The notes: generated by a model not told the origin, from the letters alone. A DNA stretch of 63,676 nt, filler included, from Chiloscyllium plagiosum (GCF_004010195.1; 5 parts of one record of this genome joined end to end with filler, not necessarily neighbours in it), one strand, 5' to 3'. Shown: positions 1-13,140, counted from the whole stretch's first letter. Made by a program: numbers and translations.

Positions 1-910
1 TCTTCCCCACGCGTTCTCACGACTGCAGGAAGTGAACTTTTGAACTCCTCCAAAGTATGAGTCTGTCTAAGAGTGGCCTAGGTGGCTCTGTTTTTATTAC
101 CCTGACTCACATTTCAAAATTACTTTGGTTAATCCTTTCAAACTCAATGTACGTTTAACCAGGGACACAATTTTACATTCTAAATCACTGTCAGTGGGCT
201 TCTGGCACAAGTTCATATGCACTTCAAATGTCTTCCATCACCTTCTCATATTCTCCAGATACCTCTTCCAATAGGTATACAAATACCTCACTCGTAATAC
301 CGACCAGCTTTGTTTGGATTAACTAAACCAACTTGGTCAGTGGTCAGTGCATCCGTTTAGCCACTTTCTCAAATGAAATTAAAAATACTTCTTCATCCTT
401 TTCATCAAATTTAGACAATGTCTGTACATATTTAAACAGAACCCCCTCAGGCCCATAGACTTGTTCATCCTCACGATCCTCCTCATCCAGCCTACTATTT
501 CCCTTCATCTCCACCCTGCTAAGTCGACTTTCCTCTCAAATTACTAACGTTTAAGTTGAAATTCTCTCTCTTTCTGCTTTTCTTCATTCTTTTTCTGTCT
601 TTCTTCTTCCTCTTATTTTAATTCTACATTAAATCATATTTCAAACTGTCTCAATTACTTTTTGTGTCCAAGGTGCTCCATCTGCAAATGAATTCTAGCC
701 ATTTCCAAAGATTCTGATGATCTTTCCGCAAAAATTTAAATGTCAAGCGACAGCTGTAATTATCTCCTTTTCTCACAGACAAAAACAAACCCAACTCCAG
801 CTTGTCTGCCAATCCTAAACGCTTTGCCTTGCTCAACTTTTGTAAAATCTCCAACTTCACTTTGTCCTCACCCAGAGAACTCTTAGTGACAGAAATAGCC
901 ATTACTATAC
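1..910 (-). mobile_element. Degenerate gag of a Gmr1-like Gypsy LTR retrotransposon (SCAN-like capsid region)
   Basis: Frameshifted minus-strand peptides KFDEKDEEVFLISFEKVAK, EVSGEYEKV..SAYELVPEA and LEEFKSSLPAVVRT; N-terminal part in ORF 651-950; several stops. Confidence 0.7.
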
Positions 911-1374
911 AAAACATTGTACAACCAACCGAATTCAACACCCACAACAAAAGATACTAACAGCTACAAAATGCTGCCTTTGAGCCCAACAATCTCCCTG
1001 TGCAAATTCTCCCAGTCCCCACTTGGGTTTTCTCCAGGTGCTCCAATTTGCTCCCACACTACAAATATATGTAGATTAGGCGAAATGGCCATATCAAATT
1101 GCCCGTAACGTTCAGTGATGTGTAGGTTATTTGCACTAGTCAGGGGTAAATATGGAGTAACGGGAAGGGGAATGCGTCTGGGTAATTTACTCTCTAAGGT
1201 TTGGTGTGAACTTGTTTGGCCAAATGGACTGCTTCCATTATGTAGGGATTCTAATCCTGAACCCAATTTGGAATTATCGATTTTAAACTGGAAAAGTGTT
1301 CCCACTTTGCTATGGAACAGACCAGACTGCCTTAAAATGCTTTAAGATAGTAGCCTGGACGCCAACCTTGTCTT

Positions 1375-1660
1375 AGGTTAGATTCCCAACAGTATGGAAA
1401 CAGGCCATACAGCCCAACAAGTCCACACTGACCCACCGAAGACCTAACCACCCAGCCTCTTTCCCCTACCCCATATTTACCCCTGACTAATGCAACTAAC
1501 ACTATGGGAAATTTAGCATGGCCAATTCACCTGACCTGAACATCGTTGGATTGTGGGAAGAAACCACAAAACCCAGAGGAAACCCACGCAGATACAGAGA
1601 GAATGTGCAAACTTCACATAGTCATCAGTGGGAATTGAACCTGGGTCCCTGGTGCTGTCG
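1375..1660 (-). mobile_element. HE1/V-SINE-type tRNA-derived SINE (a 3' fragment also lies on + at about 1045-1255)
   Basis: Reverse complement has B-box GGTTCAATTCC, core TTTGCACATTCTC...GCGTGGGTTTCCTC and a CR1-like tail. Confidence 0.8.
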
Positions 1661-2219
1661 CCCCACTACCTTTTAGTAAAGGTAGATGTGAAATGGGTGC
1701 TCCAGATGTAATGCGGCTGGTTAAACCACTCAACCTTAACCAAAACACAATTTAGTTAAACACCATAATAAAAGTACATACAAAAAGAAGAGAAGTTTAC
1801 AATAACTTAACTATTGGAAATCTTAACAGAATATTAGATACAGTACTTTCCACTAATGAAGTGTTCCAATGTACTAACATCCCATAAACCCGTCCCTTGG
1901 CAAAAAGACACATCCAATCCAGGAGGAAACAGCATCAAGACAGATTTCAGAGATAATACAGCTAGGGGTCATTTACTGAAGCATCCAACCCTTCTCCCAC
2001 CCAAGGCACCTGGTGATTGTTACAGCTCAGCAAACCTGGAAAGTCTGGTCTGTTGAGAGCTGGCCACTGTTATCACTATTTATTTAAAAATAAAAACCCT
2101 AAAAGCCTCCTAAGTTATTTACTTCACGCGTTTGCAGTAGGAAGTTCGGCCTTTAAGATCTCTCTTTAAAGAAAATGAGAAAATAAACTTTTTTTTTAAA
2201 AGTGAGAGCATTGTCAGAG

Positions 2220-2600
2220 ATGTTAGATACCTGGTCTTTTACAATAATGCTCAAGGGGATTCCTCGTTTTACTGACCAGACAATCAGCTCAAAGGGACAA
2301 ATACAGATGTCAGCCGTTCAGTGGGCAGGCACAGACCATCTTTCAAAGACATGAATCAAAGTTGCTGTCACCCCGATCCAACATGGAACACCACATGGGA
2401 CACACTGGGAAGTGAACAACCGACCGATACACACACACACACACTCACACACCTTTCCAATATGGAACACCACATGGAAGTGAATAACAGGCTGACACAC
2501 ACTACCTACCTTTCCCACCTCCCACCCGCCATCCATGGAACACCGCATGGCACACACTGGGAAAGGAACAATAGCCTGGCACACACCATTTCATTGCTTC
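2220..2600 (-). repeat. Copy of an approximately 60-bp minisatellite-headed block also at 23850 and 39190
   Basis: Reverse complement contains TTGTTCACTTCCCAGTGTGTCCCATG units followed by the same flank as 39530-39660. Confidence 0.7.
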
Positions 2601-2904
2601 TGAGCTTCACAATGCCAGCACTCAACACACTAGAGAGTCAAAGCTCAGGGCTAGGGAAAGATACAGGGGGGATAGAGAGATTCACATTAAAGACAGAAAC
2701 AGACAATTAACTAACTGAGAGCATGTTGTGGAAATATGGAGGAAAAGACTGGGTAGTGGGACTAACTGGAGAATTGATCACTTAGAGGGCAAAATTACAA
2801 GAATGAGATCATTGAACAAAGTTATTTTCGAATCAGCTGAATCAAAGTCTCGTCCTCTGGCACCACACATGTATTAAAGAATGCCACAAAGATATCTTTC
2901 TGGG

Positions 2905-3830
2905 GCCCAGTTATTTACCCTCTCGCCTCCCTGAACAACCTGGGACAGATCTCATCCGGCCCTGGGGATTTGTCCACCCTAATAGCCTCTAGCATACCCA
3001 ACACATCTTCCCCACTTATGCCAACGTGGTCCAGACTAATCAAACGTCTATCTGTATTCTCAAGATTCATCATGTTCCTCAGTGAACACTCTCAGGTTCG
3101 ACACACAGCCTTCATTCATTTTCTTTTAGTGTACCAATCCTTTCGCTAGTTACCCACTTGTTTCTTACATAAGAACAAAATGCTTTGGGATTTTCCTTAA
3201 TTCTGCTCGCTAAAGCTATTTCATTACCCCTTTTCGCCCGCTTGATTCCTTATTTAAGACGTGTCCTACTCTTCCGATATTCCTCCAGGACCCGTTCTGT
3301 TCTCAGCTGCCTAGATCTTATGTACACTTCCGTTTTCCTCTTGGCTAGTCGTACAATTTCTGATGTCATTCACGGTTCACGAATCTTGCCCTTCCTATCC
3401 TTTGCCTTCAACTGGACATGCCTATCCTGCACTCTCTTTAGCCTATCTTTGAAAGCCTCCCACATCTCAAATGTGGACTTCCCTTCAAATAGCTGTCCCC
3501 AATCCACGTTTCCCAGCTCCTGCATAATTTTGATATAATTGGCTTTGGCCCTGTTTAGTACTCTTCCCTGAGGACCATTCTCTTCTTTATCTACAAGTAT
3601 TCTAAAATTTACGGCATTGTGATCACTGTTCTAAAAGATATCCCCCACCGCAACTTCTACCACTTGTCCTGGCTCTTTCCCAGTATCAGGTCCAATATGG
3701 ACCCTTCCCTCGTCGGACTGTTGACATGCTGCTCAAGACAACTCTCCTGGATGCTTCGTACAAATTGTACTCCATCCAGAACTCTGACTCTAAGTGTATC
3801 CCAGTTAATGTTGGAAAAATAAAATCTTCC
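2905..3830 (-). mobile_element. CR1 LINE ORF2 fragment (endonuclease end and linker)
   Basis: Minus-strand FSNINW..LEQHVNSPTREGSILDLILG (ORF 3657-4163 C-terminus) and a KSPGPD-type segment near 2960. Confidence 0.8.
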
Positions 3831-3834
3831 AACA

Positions 3835-4330
3835 AAAATTTGTAGTGTACAAAATCCCATGCAATGTCTGCACAAAACACTACATAGGACAAACAGGAAA
3901 ACAACGAACGATCTGCATCCATCAACACCGACTAGCCCCGAAACGACACGATCAGCTATCCTTAGTAGCCACACACGCAGATGACAAGCAACATGAGTTC
4001 GACCTATTATAGGACAAGCCAAACAGAGAACAGCCAGGGAATTCCTCGAGGCATGGCACTCGTCCACAGACTCAATCAATAAGCACATCGACCTGGACCC
4101 AATATGCCGGCCACTGCAACGGACAGCTGGAACTGACAACCGGAAGTGACAGATACAAACCACTATAAATGCCGGAGGAAATGTTACAGAAACGCTTCAC
4201 ATGAGGCTCGCAAGCACTGAGGATGTCATCTAGACAGGGGACGTAACGTCTGCAAAACAAATTCCCAGCTTGGAGAACAGAACCACAACAACGAGCATCC
4301 GAGCTACAAATCTTTTCACAAACTTTGAGG
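3835..4330 (+). mobile_element. Penelope-like element 3' fragment: GIY-YIG endonuclease and terminal region with a degenerate hammerhead motif
   Basis: Plus-strand VVYKIPCNVCTKHYIGQTG...AREFLEAWHS..SINKHIDLDP, followed by CTGAGGA-N19-GTAACGTC at about 4217-4250. Confidence 0.8.
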
Positions 4331-4354
4331 TGTTTGATATGCTTGTCGTTGTTG

Positions 4355-5190
4355 GACCGTGCATTGAATGTAGGAGTTGGAAGGTCATATTGCAGCTGTA
4401 CAGGACATTGGTTAGGCCACTATTGAATACTTCGTGCAATTATGGTCCCGTTATTTGAGCAAAGATGTGTGAAATGTGAAATAATTCAGAAAAGATTTAC
4501 AAAGATATTGCCAGTGTTGGATGTTCTGAGATTTATGGAGAGGCTTAATATGCCGGTGATTACTGTCCCTGAAGCATCAGCATTTGAATTGTGATCATAG
4601 AGGTTTATATACTCACAAGTGGAATGGGTAGTGTCAGTAGCCAAGGTATTTTCTCCAGGGGTTCCAAAGCTAGAGGATGTAGGTTGAAGTTCAGAGGGGC
4701 AAGACATAAAAGGGATGTAAGGGGCAACGCTTTCAAAGAGAGGGTGCTTTAAGAAGCTGCCAGAGGAAGTTGTGCAGGCTGGGACAATTACAACGTTTAA
4801 GAGTCATCTGGACGGGCACGTGAATAAGAAGTGTTTAGGGGGATATAGGCCAAATGCTGGCACATGGAACTATGCTAAATAACTACACAGTACTTCAGGA
4901 GAGACCTCACGAATGTCCAGTGCAACCTGAAGATAATGTTCCAGCTCCTGTACTCAAAGGTCTGAGCAATGAAGGCTAGCAAACCAAACGCCTTCATAAC
5001 CACCGTGCCTACACATGGCACAAACTTAAAAAAAATACCAGAACCCTAGATATCTCTGTTCTACAATACTACCAATGGCCCGACATTTAATTGTAGGTGT
5101 CCTCTACTTGTTTGTTTTCTCAAATTGCGATACATTGTAATTATTGAAATTAAACTCGATCTGCCACTCCTCAGTCCAGTGACTGATAGT
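4355..5190. mobile_element. Two adjacent CR1 fragments (plus about 4355-4880; minus about 4885-5190)
   Basis: LQLYRTLVRPLL in ORF 4270-4458 and CR1 3'-end sequence. Confidence 0.7.
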
Positions 5191-6059
5191 ACTGGGGAAG
5201 AAAGGCTGGACAGTAATCAGCTGCCTTGGATTCCTTCGTGGTTTTAAGAAGAGAGCAGCCGCATGTTAGATACAGGAAAGAATGATTGGTGTTTCTGATC
5301 CAGAAAGTATGCTCTTTCTTCGTCTCTGGTGTTCAGTAATAAATATCTATTGCAGATACTTTATAGTGCAGAGTGTGTCTGCAGGATGCTTTCTCCCTCA
5401 TATTACAGATGTCAGATAATAGCCATTTAAGGTGGAAACCATAGCCAAGCAATTAAAGATCTTCATAGTTTATCATGAAGGCAGCACACATAAACTCAAC
5501 ATTCTAGAGTTGAAGTGAGTACGTTTCACTTATTTAACAATGTAATTCATTTAACTGTATAAGTCAGTAAAGATAACCAAATTTTAATGAATCCACACCG
5601 AGCTGAAAGCTGACATATAAATTTGACCCCAAAATCTGGGCATGGTTTAAGACTTGTACAGTGAGTAACACCCATACCTCTGAGCCAGACCGCTGGGTTA
5701 GATTCGAATACATGAACTTGCGTGGTAGTGTCTCTCACTCTGGACCATAATGTCGGGATTCAAGACCTGCCTGTCACAGAAGTATGTCGCAGTATTTCAA
5801 AAGTGCCTGATGAACAAATACACAGAAGAATAATGTTGCAGCTTCAGGGATTGTTGCCAAATGGTGGTAGTATGTCTACCTCTGAGCACTTAAGTTTAGA
5901 CTCAAATCCCACAGAGGTGTTTCATAATGTGGCTGAACAAGTTGTTAAAATGAATTTAGAATTGTGATGTGATGAACAAGGAAGAGGAGTCAGTATTGAA
6001 TTTCAACATTTCGGCCGAGGTTTACTGAAAACACAGCCATTCGTGTTGATTGGAGTCAA

Positions 6060-6670
6060 ACCTGCACATTCTAGAGGTTCATAAAATCATGAAGACGATG
6101 GATCAGGTGAATATTCAGGGTCTTTTCCCCAGTGTAGGGAAGTCCAAAACTAGGGGACAGAGATTTAAGATGAGATGGACAAGATATAAAAGGGACCTAA
6201 GGGGACCATTTTCATACAGCAGGTGGTATATGTATGCAACGAGCTGCCAGACGAAGTGGTGGAGGATGGTGCAGTTGCATCATTTAAAACCCATCTGGAT
6301 GGGGACATGAATTGGAAGGGTTCAGAGGGATATGGTACAAATGCTGGAAAATGAAACTAAGTTAACTTACGACATCTGGTCGGCACGAATGAGTTTGACC
6401 AGAGCGTCCGTTTCTGTGCTGTACATTTCTATGATTCATTGACCAATTAAACATGATCTCGTTCTAATCTTATGTAATCTTCTTCACCTTCCACTATATA
6501 ACTAATCTTGTTGTCATCTGTAAATTTGTTCACCATACTTTGTATAATTCTCATCTAAATAATTGATGTAAATGACAACCAAAAGTGGATCCAGCAGCAA
6601 TCCCTTTGGAATGCCTCTAGTCACAGGCCTCCATCCAAAAGTCAACTTTCATCCACCACCCTCTGTCTCC
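6060..6670. mobile_element. CR1 3' end (plus 6060-6440) and CR1 RT fragment (minus 6440-6670)
   Basis: EVHKIMK...KTRGQRFK in ORF 6050-6310; minus-strand FTDD-like motif. Confidence 0.7.
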
Positions 6671-7489
6671 TGCTGAAACACACACATGCATACAGACATA
6701 GAGCACAGACACAGTTCTGTCTTTAAGACAGAGATAGATATATTCCGATTGATAAGTGGATCAAGATAAAAGTGAGAAGGCGGGATAAATTTGTTGAGAA
6801 ACATGGCAGCCCTTATTGAACAGCAGATCAGACTTGTTGAACCAAACAGTCTAGTTCTGCACCAATTTCATACGCTCTATGGTTTACGCTATCTGAAATG
6901 GCAGAACAAGAGAGCAGTGGAGGCTGCGTTTGATAAATACTTTACTGAACGTAGCCAATGGGAACGTTGAATAGGTTTGAGGGGCTGAATGGTCTATGTC
7001 TTTCCTATTGGTTGTGCCCTCATTTTAAAAAAAGGAAGCTGACTTGCTGTGAGGTTCATACACTTTTACATTTAAATGTTTCCCCATTTAAGATTGAGAT
7101 ATGGATGTTCCGATCTCCTTAGAGTTGTAGTGTCTGTGGTATTTTCATCCCCAGGGAACAGTGAAGGCTGGGCCATAAAGTCCTAGAGTCCTGGAGATGT
7201 ACAGCATGGAAACAGACATTTCGGACTAACTCCATACTGACCACATATCCCAACCCAAACTAGTCCCACATGCCATATCGCTCCAAACCTCTCCTACTCA
7301 TATACCCATGCAGATGCCTTTCAAATGTTGCAGTTGTACCAGCTTCCACACTTGCTCTCATGAATCATTCCATACACGTACCACACTCTGCATGAAAAAG
7401 TTGCCTGTTAGATATCTTTTATATATTTCTCTTCTCACCCAAAACCTATGCCGTCTAGTTCTGGACTCCCTTACGACAGGGAAAACTCT

Positions 7490-9075
7490 TTTGCTGAAAA
7501 AGCGCAGCAGGTCGGGCAAAATCCAAGGAGCAGGAGAATCGACGTATCGGGCATAAGTCCTTCTTCAGGAATGAGGAGAGTTTGCCAAGCAGGCTAAGAT
7601 AAAAGGTAGGGAGGAGGGACTTGGGGGAGGGACGTTGGGAATGCGATAGGGTGGAAGGAGGTTAAGGTGAGAGTGATAGGCCGGAGAGGGGATGGGGGCG
7701 GACAGGTCGGGAAGAAGATTGCAGGTCAAGAAGGCGGTGCTGAGTCCGAGGGTTGGGACTGAGAAAAGGTGGGGGACGGGAAATGAGAAAACTGGAGGAA
7801 TCTGTGGTTGGAGAGTTCCTCGGCGGAAGATGAGGTGCTCTTCATCCAGGCGCCGTGTTGCCATGGTCTGGCGATTGAGGAGGCCAAGGACCTGCATGTC
7901 CTTGGCGGAGTGGGTGGGGGAGTTAAAGTGTTCAGCCACGGGGCGGGTGGGTTGGTTGGTGCGGGTATCCCAGAGATGTTCTCTGAAACGTTCTGCAAGT
8001 AGGCGGACTGTCTCCCTAATGTGGAGGAGGCCACATCGGGTGCAGCGGATGCAGTAAATGATGTGTGTGCAGGTGCAGGTGAATTTGTGATGGATATGAG
8101 AGGATCCCTTGGGGCCTTGGAGGGAGGTGAGGGGAGAGGTGTGGGCGCAAGTTTTGCATTTCTTACGGTTGCAGGGGAAGGTGCCGGGAGTGGAGGTTGG
8201 GTTGGTGGGGTGTATGGACTGGACGAGGGAGTCACGGAGGGAGTGATCTTTCCAGAACACTGATAGGGGAGGGGAGCGAAATATATCCATGGTGGTGGGG
8301 TCTATTTGGAGGATGCGGAAATGATGAAGGATGATACAATGTATCTCGACGTTGTTGGGGTGGTAGGTGAGGACCAGTGGGGCTCTGTCCTGGTGGCGAT
8401 TGGAGGGGCGGGGTTCAATGGCAGAGGAGCGGGAAGTGGGGGAGATGTGGTGGAGAGCATCGTCAACCACGTCTGAGGGGAAATTGCGGTCGTTGAAGAA
8501 GGAGGCCATCTGGGTTGTTCAGTATTGGAATTGGTCCTCCTGGGAGCAGATGCGGTGGATGCGAAGGAATTGGGAATACGGGATGGCGTTTTTACAGGGG
8601 GCAGGGTGGGAGGAGGTGCAATCTAGGTAGCTGTGGGAGTCGGTCAGTTACTAGTAAAAGTCCGTGTTGAGTCGGCCGTTTGAGATAGAAATGGAGAGGT
8701 CTCGGAAGGGGAGGGAGGAGTCTGCGACGGTCCAGGTAAATTTGAGGTTGGGGTAGAAGGTGTTGGTAAAGTGGACGAACCGTTCAACCTCCTCATGGGA
8801 GCACGAGGTAGCGCCGATACAGTCATCGATGTAGCGGAGGAAAAGGTGGGGGTGGGGCCTGTGTAGCTGGATTCTTCTACATATCCGATGAAGAGGCACG
8901 CATAGCTGGGGCCCATGCGGGTGCCCATGGTTACTCCTTTGGTTTGGAGGAAGTGGGAGGATTGGAAAGACATGATGTTCAGAGTGAGGATCAGTTCAGT
9001 CAGTCGAAGGAGGGTGTCAGTGGAAGGGTACTGGTTGGTCCAGCGGGAAAGGAAGAAGCGGAGGGCTTTGAGGCC
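7490..9075 (-). mobile_element. Penelope-like element (RT, Cys-rich linker, GIY-YIG), 5'-truncated and frameshifted
   Basis: GVTMGTRMGPSYACLF and RYIDDCIG RT motifs (ORFs 8644-9117, 8651-8899); CNRKKCKTC linker and IIYCIRCTRCGLLHIRET..LAERFREH in ORF 7565-8509; terminal hammerhead-like motif at about 7537-7572. Confidence 0.92.
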
Positions 9076-9889
9076 TAGTGGCGTTATTTGTTCCAAAAGA
9101 AATGGCTGGGTGTCCAACAGCAGCAGTGATGCACCTACATGGAGCAGGGAATATGATGGAGTCGTACAGTTCAGACACTGTTCAAACAGACTTCATTTGG
9201 TCCAGTTTGGAGCCGGATAACGTTATTGTGTGATTCAACTCAGAGAAGGAGGAAATGCATCCTTCCTGAGAAGTAACAGCTTGTTGCTCCATCTCTCTCT
9301 CTCTGTTCCTCTTCCCAGCAATGTGTGTACGCTGAAAACTCCTCAGTCGTCTTTACCACTCATGGAGGATTCCTGTTGAGGATTGATTGGAATCGCCCCA
9401 CTGCCTGAAGTGAAGGCAATCCAACTAAATCCACCAGTTCCAGGAAGTTATCCCATTATCAGTAGCTTGCAAGAGCAGAGTAGCTTCATAAGTTGAATGA
9501 TGTTTGGAACAATCACTCATGTTTCATTTCGTCATCGGTTCAACTAACATATGGGCACAGTTCTTTCAAGTTAACGTTCTGCAGAGATCATATTTTTCAG
9601 GTTGTCATCAAACGTGTGCATGTGTCAGTATTTTTAGAGAGGGAAACATCGGCGCACAGATTTGCAATGGTTAAACTATTTGTAATTCATCTTTCAATCC
9701 TAGTTTGAGTAACTTTGTTTCGGGCATAAACTTGTTAATTTTAGCAGATTAAAGAATCCTGCCTGACTCGTTCCTAATCCTCACACAGTCTGAGACCTAT
9801 ATTATTGATCATATCCACCAACCCGGTTACATTAACATTTGCACTGAGCAGCGGAAGCGTGCGACGAGGAAATGGAACAGTGACCTGAC

Positions 9890-11000
9890 TATAGATCAGT
9901 GAGCCTGACGTCATTGGTGGCCATATTGTTGGAGAGCATTGAGACGGTAAGGATTCACATGGATTTGCAAATGCAACAACTGGTGAAGGATAGTCAACAT
10001 GGCTTTGCGCATGGGGAATCATTTCTAACAAAATTGATTGCATTTTGTGAAGAAGCGACAAAGAAGATTGATGATGGCATTGTGGTAGACACAGTCCATA
10101 TAGATTCTACCAGCCAGTCGACAGGATCCCACATGGCAGACAAGTTAGTACGGTTAGGTCATAAATAGATCCAAGATAAGCTAGCCAATTGACGACAAAA
10201 TTAGAGTGAAGGTCGGAGACAGAGGTGGCAAAGGATTGTTTTTCAGACTGGAGGTCTATGACCAGTGATGTGCCACAAAGAGCCGTACTGAATCCACTGT
10301 TTTTCATTATTTATAAAAATGATCTGAATGTGAATATTTGCCTGTTTATTAGGTTTACACATGACATTAAAATTGGAGGTGCAAAGGCCAGCAAGTTTTA
10401 CCTCAGAGTACAATGAGACCTTGGTCAGATGGACCAATGGACCAAGGAGTGATAGATGGAGTTAAATTTAAATAAATGTGAAGTATTGCATTTGGTAAGG
10501 TAAAATAGGGCAAGACATATACAATTAATGGGTGAGGTCANNNNNNNNNNNNNNNNNNNNNNNNNNNNNNNNNNNNNNNNNNNNNNNNNNNNNNNNNNNN
10601 NGGCTACAGGGAGAGGCTGGACAGACTGGGGCTTGTTTACTCTGGAGCATTGAAGGCTGAGGCGTGACACATTGAGGTTTATAAAATCATGAGGAACGTG
10701 GATAATCTGAATAGGCAAGGTATTTTTTTCCAACGTTAGGGGACTCCAAAGCTATAGGACAAAGGCTTTTGGTAAGAGGAGAAAGATAGTACAGGGTCAA
10801 TGTTTTCATGCAGGTTGTGTAGTGTGTATGGAATGAGCTCTCAGAGAAAGTGACGGAGGCTGGTACAGTTACAACATTTAAAAGGCATCTGGATATGCAT
10901 ATTAATAGGAAAGATTTAGAGGAATATGGGCCTAATGCTGGCAAATACGACGAGATCCGATTAGGATGTCTGAGTTATGTGGACAGGCCTCCGTGCTGAT
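9890..11000 (+). mobile_element. CR1 LINE RT and 3' fragment (contains an N gap)
   Basis: SQHGFAHGESFLTKL and DVPQRAVLNPLFFIIYKNDL in ORFs 9899-10168 and 10225-10416. Confidence 0.85.
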
Positions 11001-12203
11001 GACACCGTAAGGGAGATGAGGAGAAATTCTAAAAGAACCTTTTGAGTGGGAATTCTTTTCTCCAGAGGTTTGTGGAGCCTCTTTGTTCACATTTATCCAA
11101 AGCTGAGTTAGTTAAATATTTGACAGAGAAGTGAGTCACAGATGAAGGGATTACAGACAGGAAAGTGGGGCTGAGACCACAACCTGATCCGCCACAATCG
11201 TAGTGTCTAGTGGAGAAGGTTCATAGTGTCTAAAGATCTAACCCTGCTTCTGTTCTGATGTTCCATTCAGACCCACCAACTTGCTTGACAGATGCAGTTG
11301 GAGGCCACTTACTTCTATAGCTCCCCTGACTCTCTGGATGAGAGAATTTCTGACATTCACTATCCCCTGTTTGAAGAAATCACTGCCTGCTCCTACACGA
11401 TGCCCTATTGATATGAGCAATAGAGCTGAATACAAGGACTTAGCAAAGAGCGACTGGCCCCGATATCAAGGCAGCTTTTAATATCAAGGAGCCTGAGCAA
11501 AATTGCTCTTCATCAGAATCCATTGCAACTCTCTCGTGTTTGGAGTCATCCATAGCACAATGGGACATGTTTATCATCGGTAGGCATTAATCATCTCAGC
11601 CGTGGAACATCTCTGCAGAAGATCCTCAGGGTAGCTACCTCAGCCCAGGCATCCCCAGTTTGGCAGCAGGGAATTCCTGCTGTGAGGAAGCAGGCCATTT
11701 ATCCTATTGAGCCCACATAGATCAGAAATGGGGATATTTACTGTACGTTACACAATACTCAGAAATGGGGATATTTACTGTACGTTACATCCCTGACCTC
11801 CTGATGCAGTCTGTGTCCATGTGCAACAAGACTTAGACAACGTTCAAGCCTGTGCTGTTAAACTGTAGGTAACATTCATGAAACAGCGCTGCTCATTTCC
11901 ACAGTAAACGGAGAAGTTCACTCAGGACATCAATCTGGCTTCACAGGAATAAGGGAAAGTCATTCGACCCATCAAAACTACTGGACAAGAAGAGGGATAG
12001 CCCATTCAATCCCTTCTGCCTTTACATATCAAGACAAGGAGTCTGCTCACTCTCACACATCTTTTACACGGGATCAGTAAGTGACCATTTCACACCTAGA
12101 GTCGTTTACAAAGTAAAAGGAAGAGGTCATTCAGTTTCTCAAGACACTAACACAGGAACAGGAAGCTGTCAGAGATGCTTCAGTATAATAAGCAAATGGA
12201 GCA

Positions 12204-12440
12204 TAGAACATAGAACATAGAAGAATACAGCGCAGTACAGGCCCTTTGGCCCTCGATGTTGCGCCGATCCAAGCCCACCTAACCTATACTAACCCACTAT
12301 CCTCCATATACCTATCCAATGCCCGCTTAAATGCCCATAAAGAAGGAGAGTCCACCACTGCTACTGGCAGGGCATTCCATGAACTTACGACTCACTGAGT
12401 GAAGAACCTACCCCTAACTTCAGTCCAATATCTACCCCCC
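12204..12440 (-). mobile_element. CR1 3' end with (TTCTATG)n tail, same subfamily as 51247-52560
   Basis: Near-identical to 51247-51485; begins ATAGAACATAGAACATAGAA. Confidence 0.85.
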
Positions 12441-12540
12441 NNNNNNNNNNNNNNNNNNNNNNNNNNNNNNNNNNNNNNNNNNNNTTAATTAATTAANNNN
12501 NNNNNNNNNNNNNNNNNNNNNNNNNNNNNNNNNNNNNNNN
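12441..12540. other. Artificial 100-bp assembly spacer
   Basis: 44 N + TTAATTAATTAA (12485-12496) + 44 N. Confidence 0.95.
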
Positions 12541-13140
12541 GGGGGCGGGGTTAGGCGTGGAGATCGGCGTTGGGGCGGAAACACATGCGGCGTTGTGGGC
12601 GTGTAGGTTAGTGACGTCAGTGGGGGCGGAAGTGGCTGCGGCGACCGCAGAGACAGAGTTATTCCCCATAGCCGCGGAGGTCGCGAATCTGCCGGCGATT
12701 GCCTTCATGGCGATCGCGGAGGCGGTTGTCTGGGCGGCGATCGCGGAGGCGGTTGTTTGGGCGGCGATCGCGGAGGCTGCGAGGTCGGTGGGGGCGGAGG
12801 TGACGTCATCGTCGGCGGCGGCGGCAGCTATTGCCGCGGAGAGACAGAGTTATTCCCCATAGCCGCGGAGGTCGCGAATCTGCCGGCGATTGCCTTCATG
12901 GCGATCGCGGAGGCGGTTGTCTGGGCGGCGATCGCGGAGGCGGTTGTTTGGGCGGCGATCGCGGAGGCTGCGAGGTCGGTGGGGGCGGAGGTGACGTCAA
13001 CGTCGGCGGCGGCGGCAGCTATTGCCGCGGGCGATGGAGCGGCCGCGTGTGTAATGGCGCCAGACTGATTTCGGAGGCCGATGGAAGATTCTGGAACAGT
13101 TGAGGAATCCGAAGTGTAGGGGTAAGTACATGAAAGTTTG
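12541..13140 (-). repeat. CpG-rich compound tandem repeat (191-bp period with internal 27-bp units); probably the Ala/Thr/Ser-rich N-terminal coding region of a Penelope-like element
   Basis: GAGACAGAGTTATTCCCCATAG at 12650 and 12841; repeated GGCGATCGCGGAGGC; minus frame reads ..GAITHAAA..DVTSAP.. Confidence 0.6.

Noticed and set aside
9075..9890. Possible LTR fragments (also 1690-2220, 54730-55280 and 59575-59942)
   Set aside because: Composition and termini are suggestive, but no paired LTR, primer-binding site or target duplication could be verified.
12557..13103. Ala-rich and Gly-rich plus-strand ORFs as a host gene
   Set aside because: They arise from the GC-rich tandem repeat; the 191-bp period shifts frame and no domain is recognisable.
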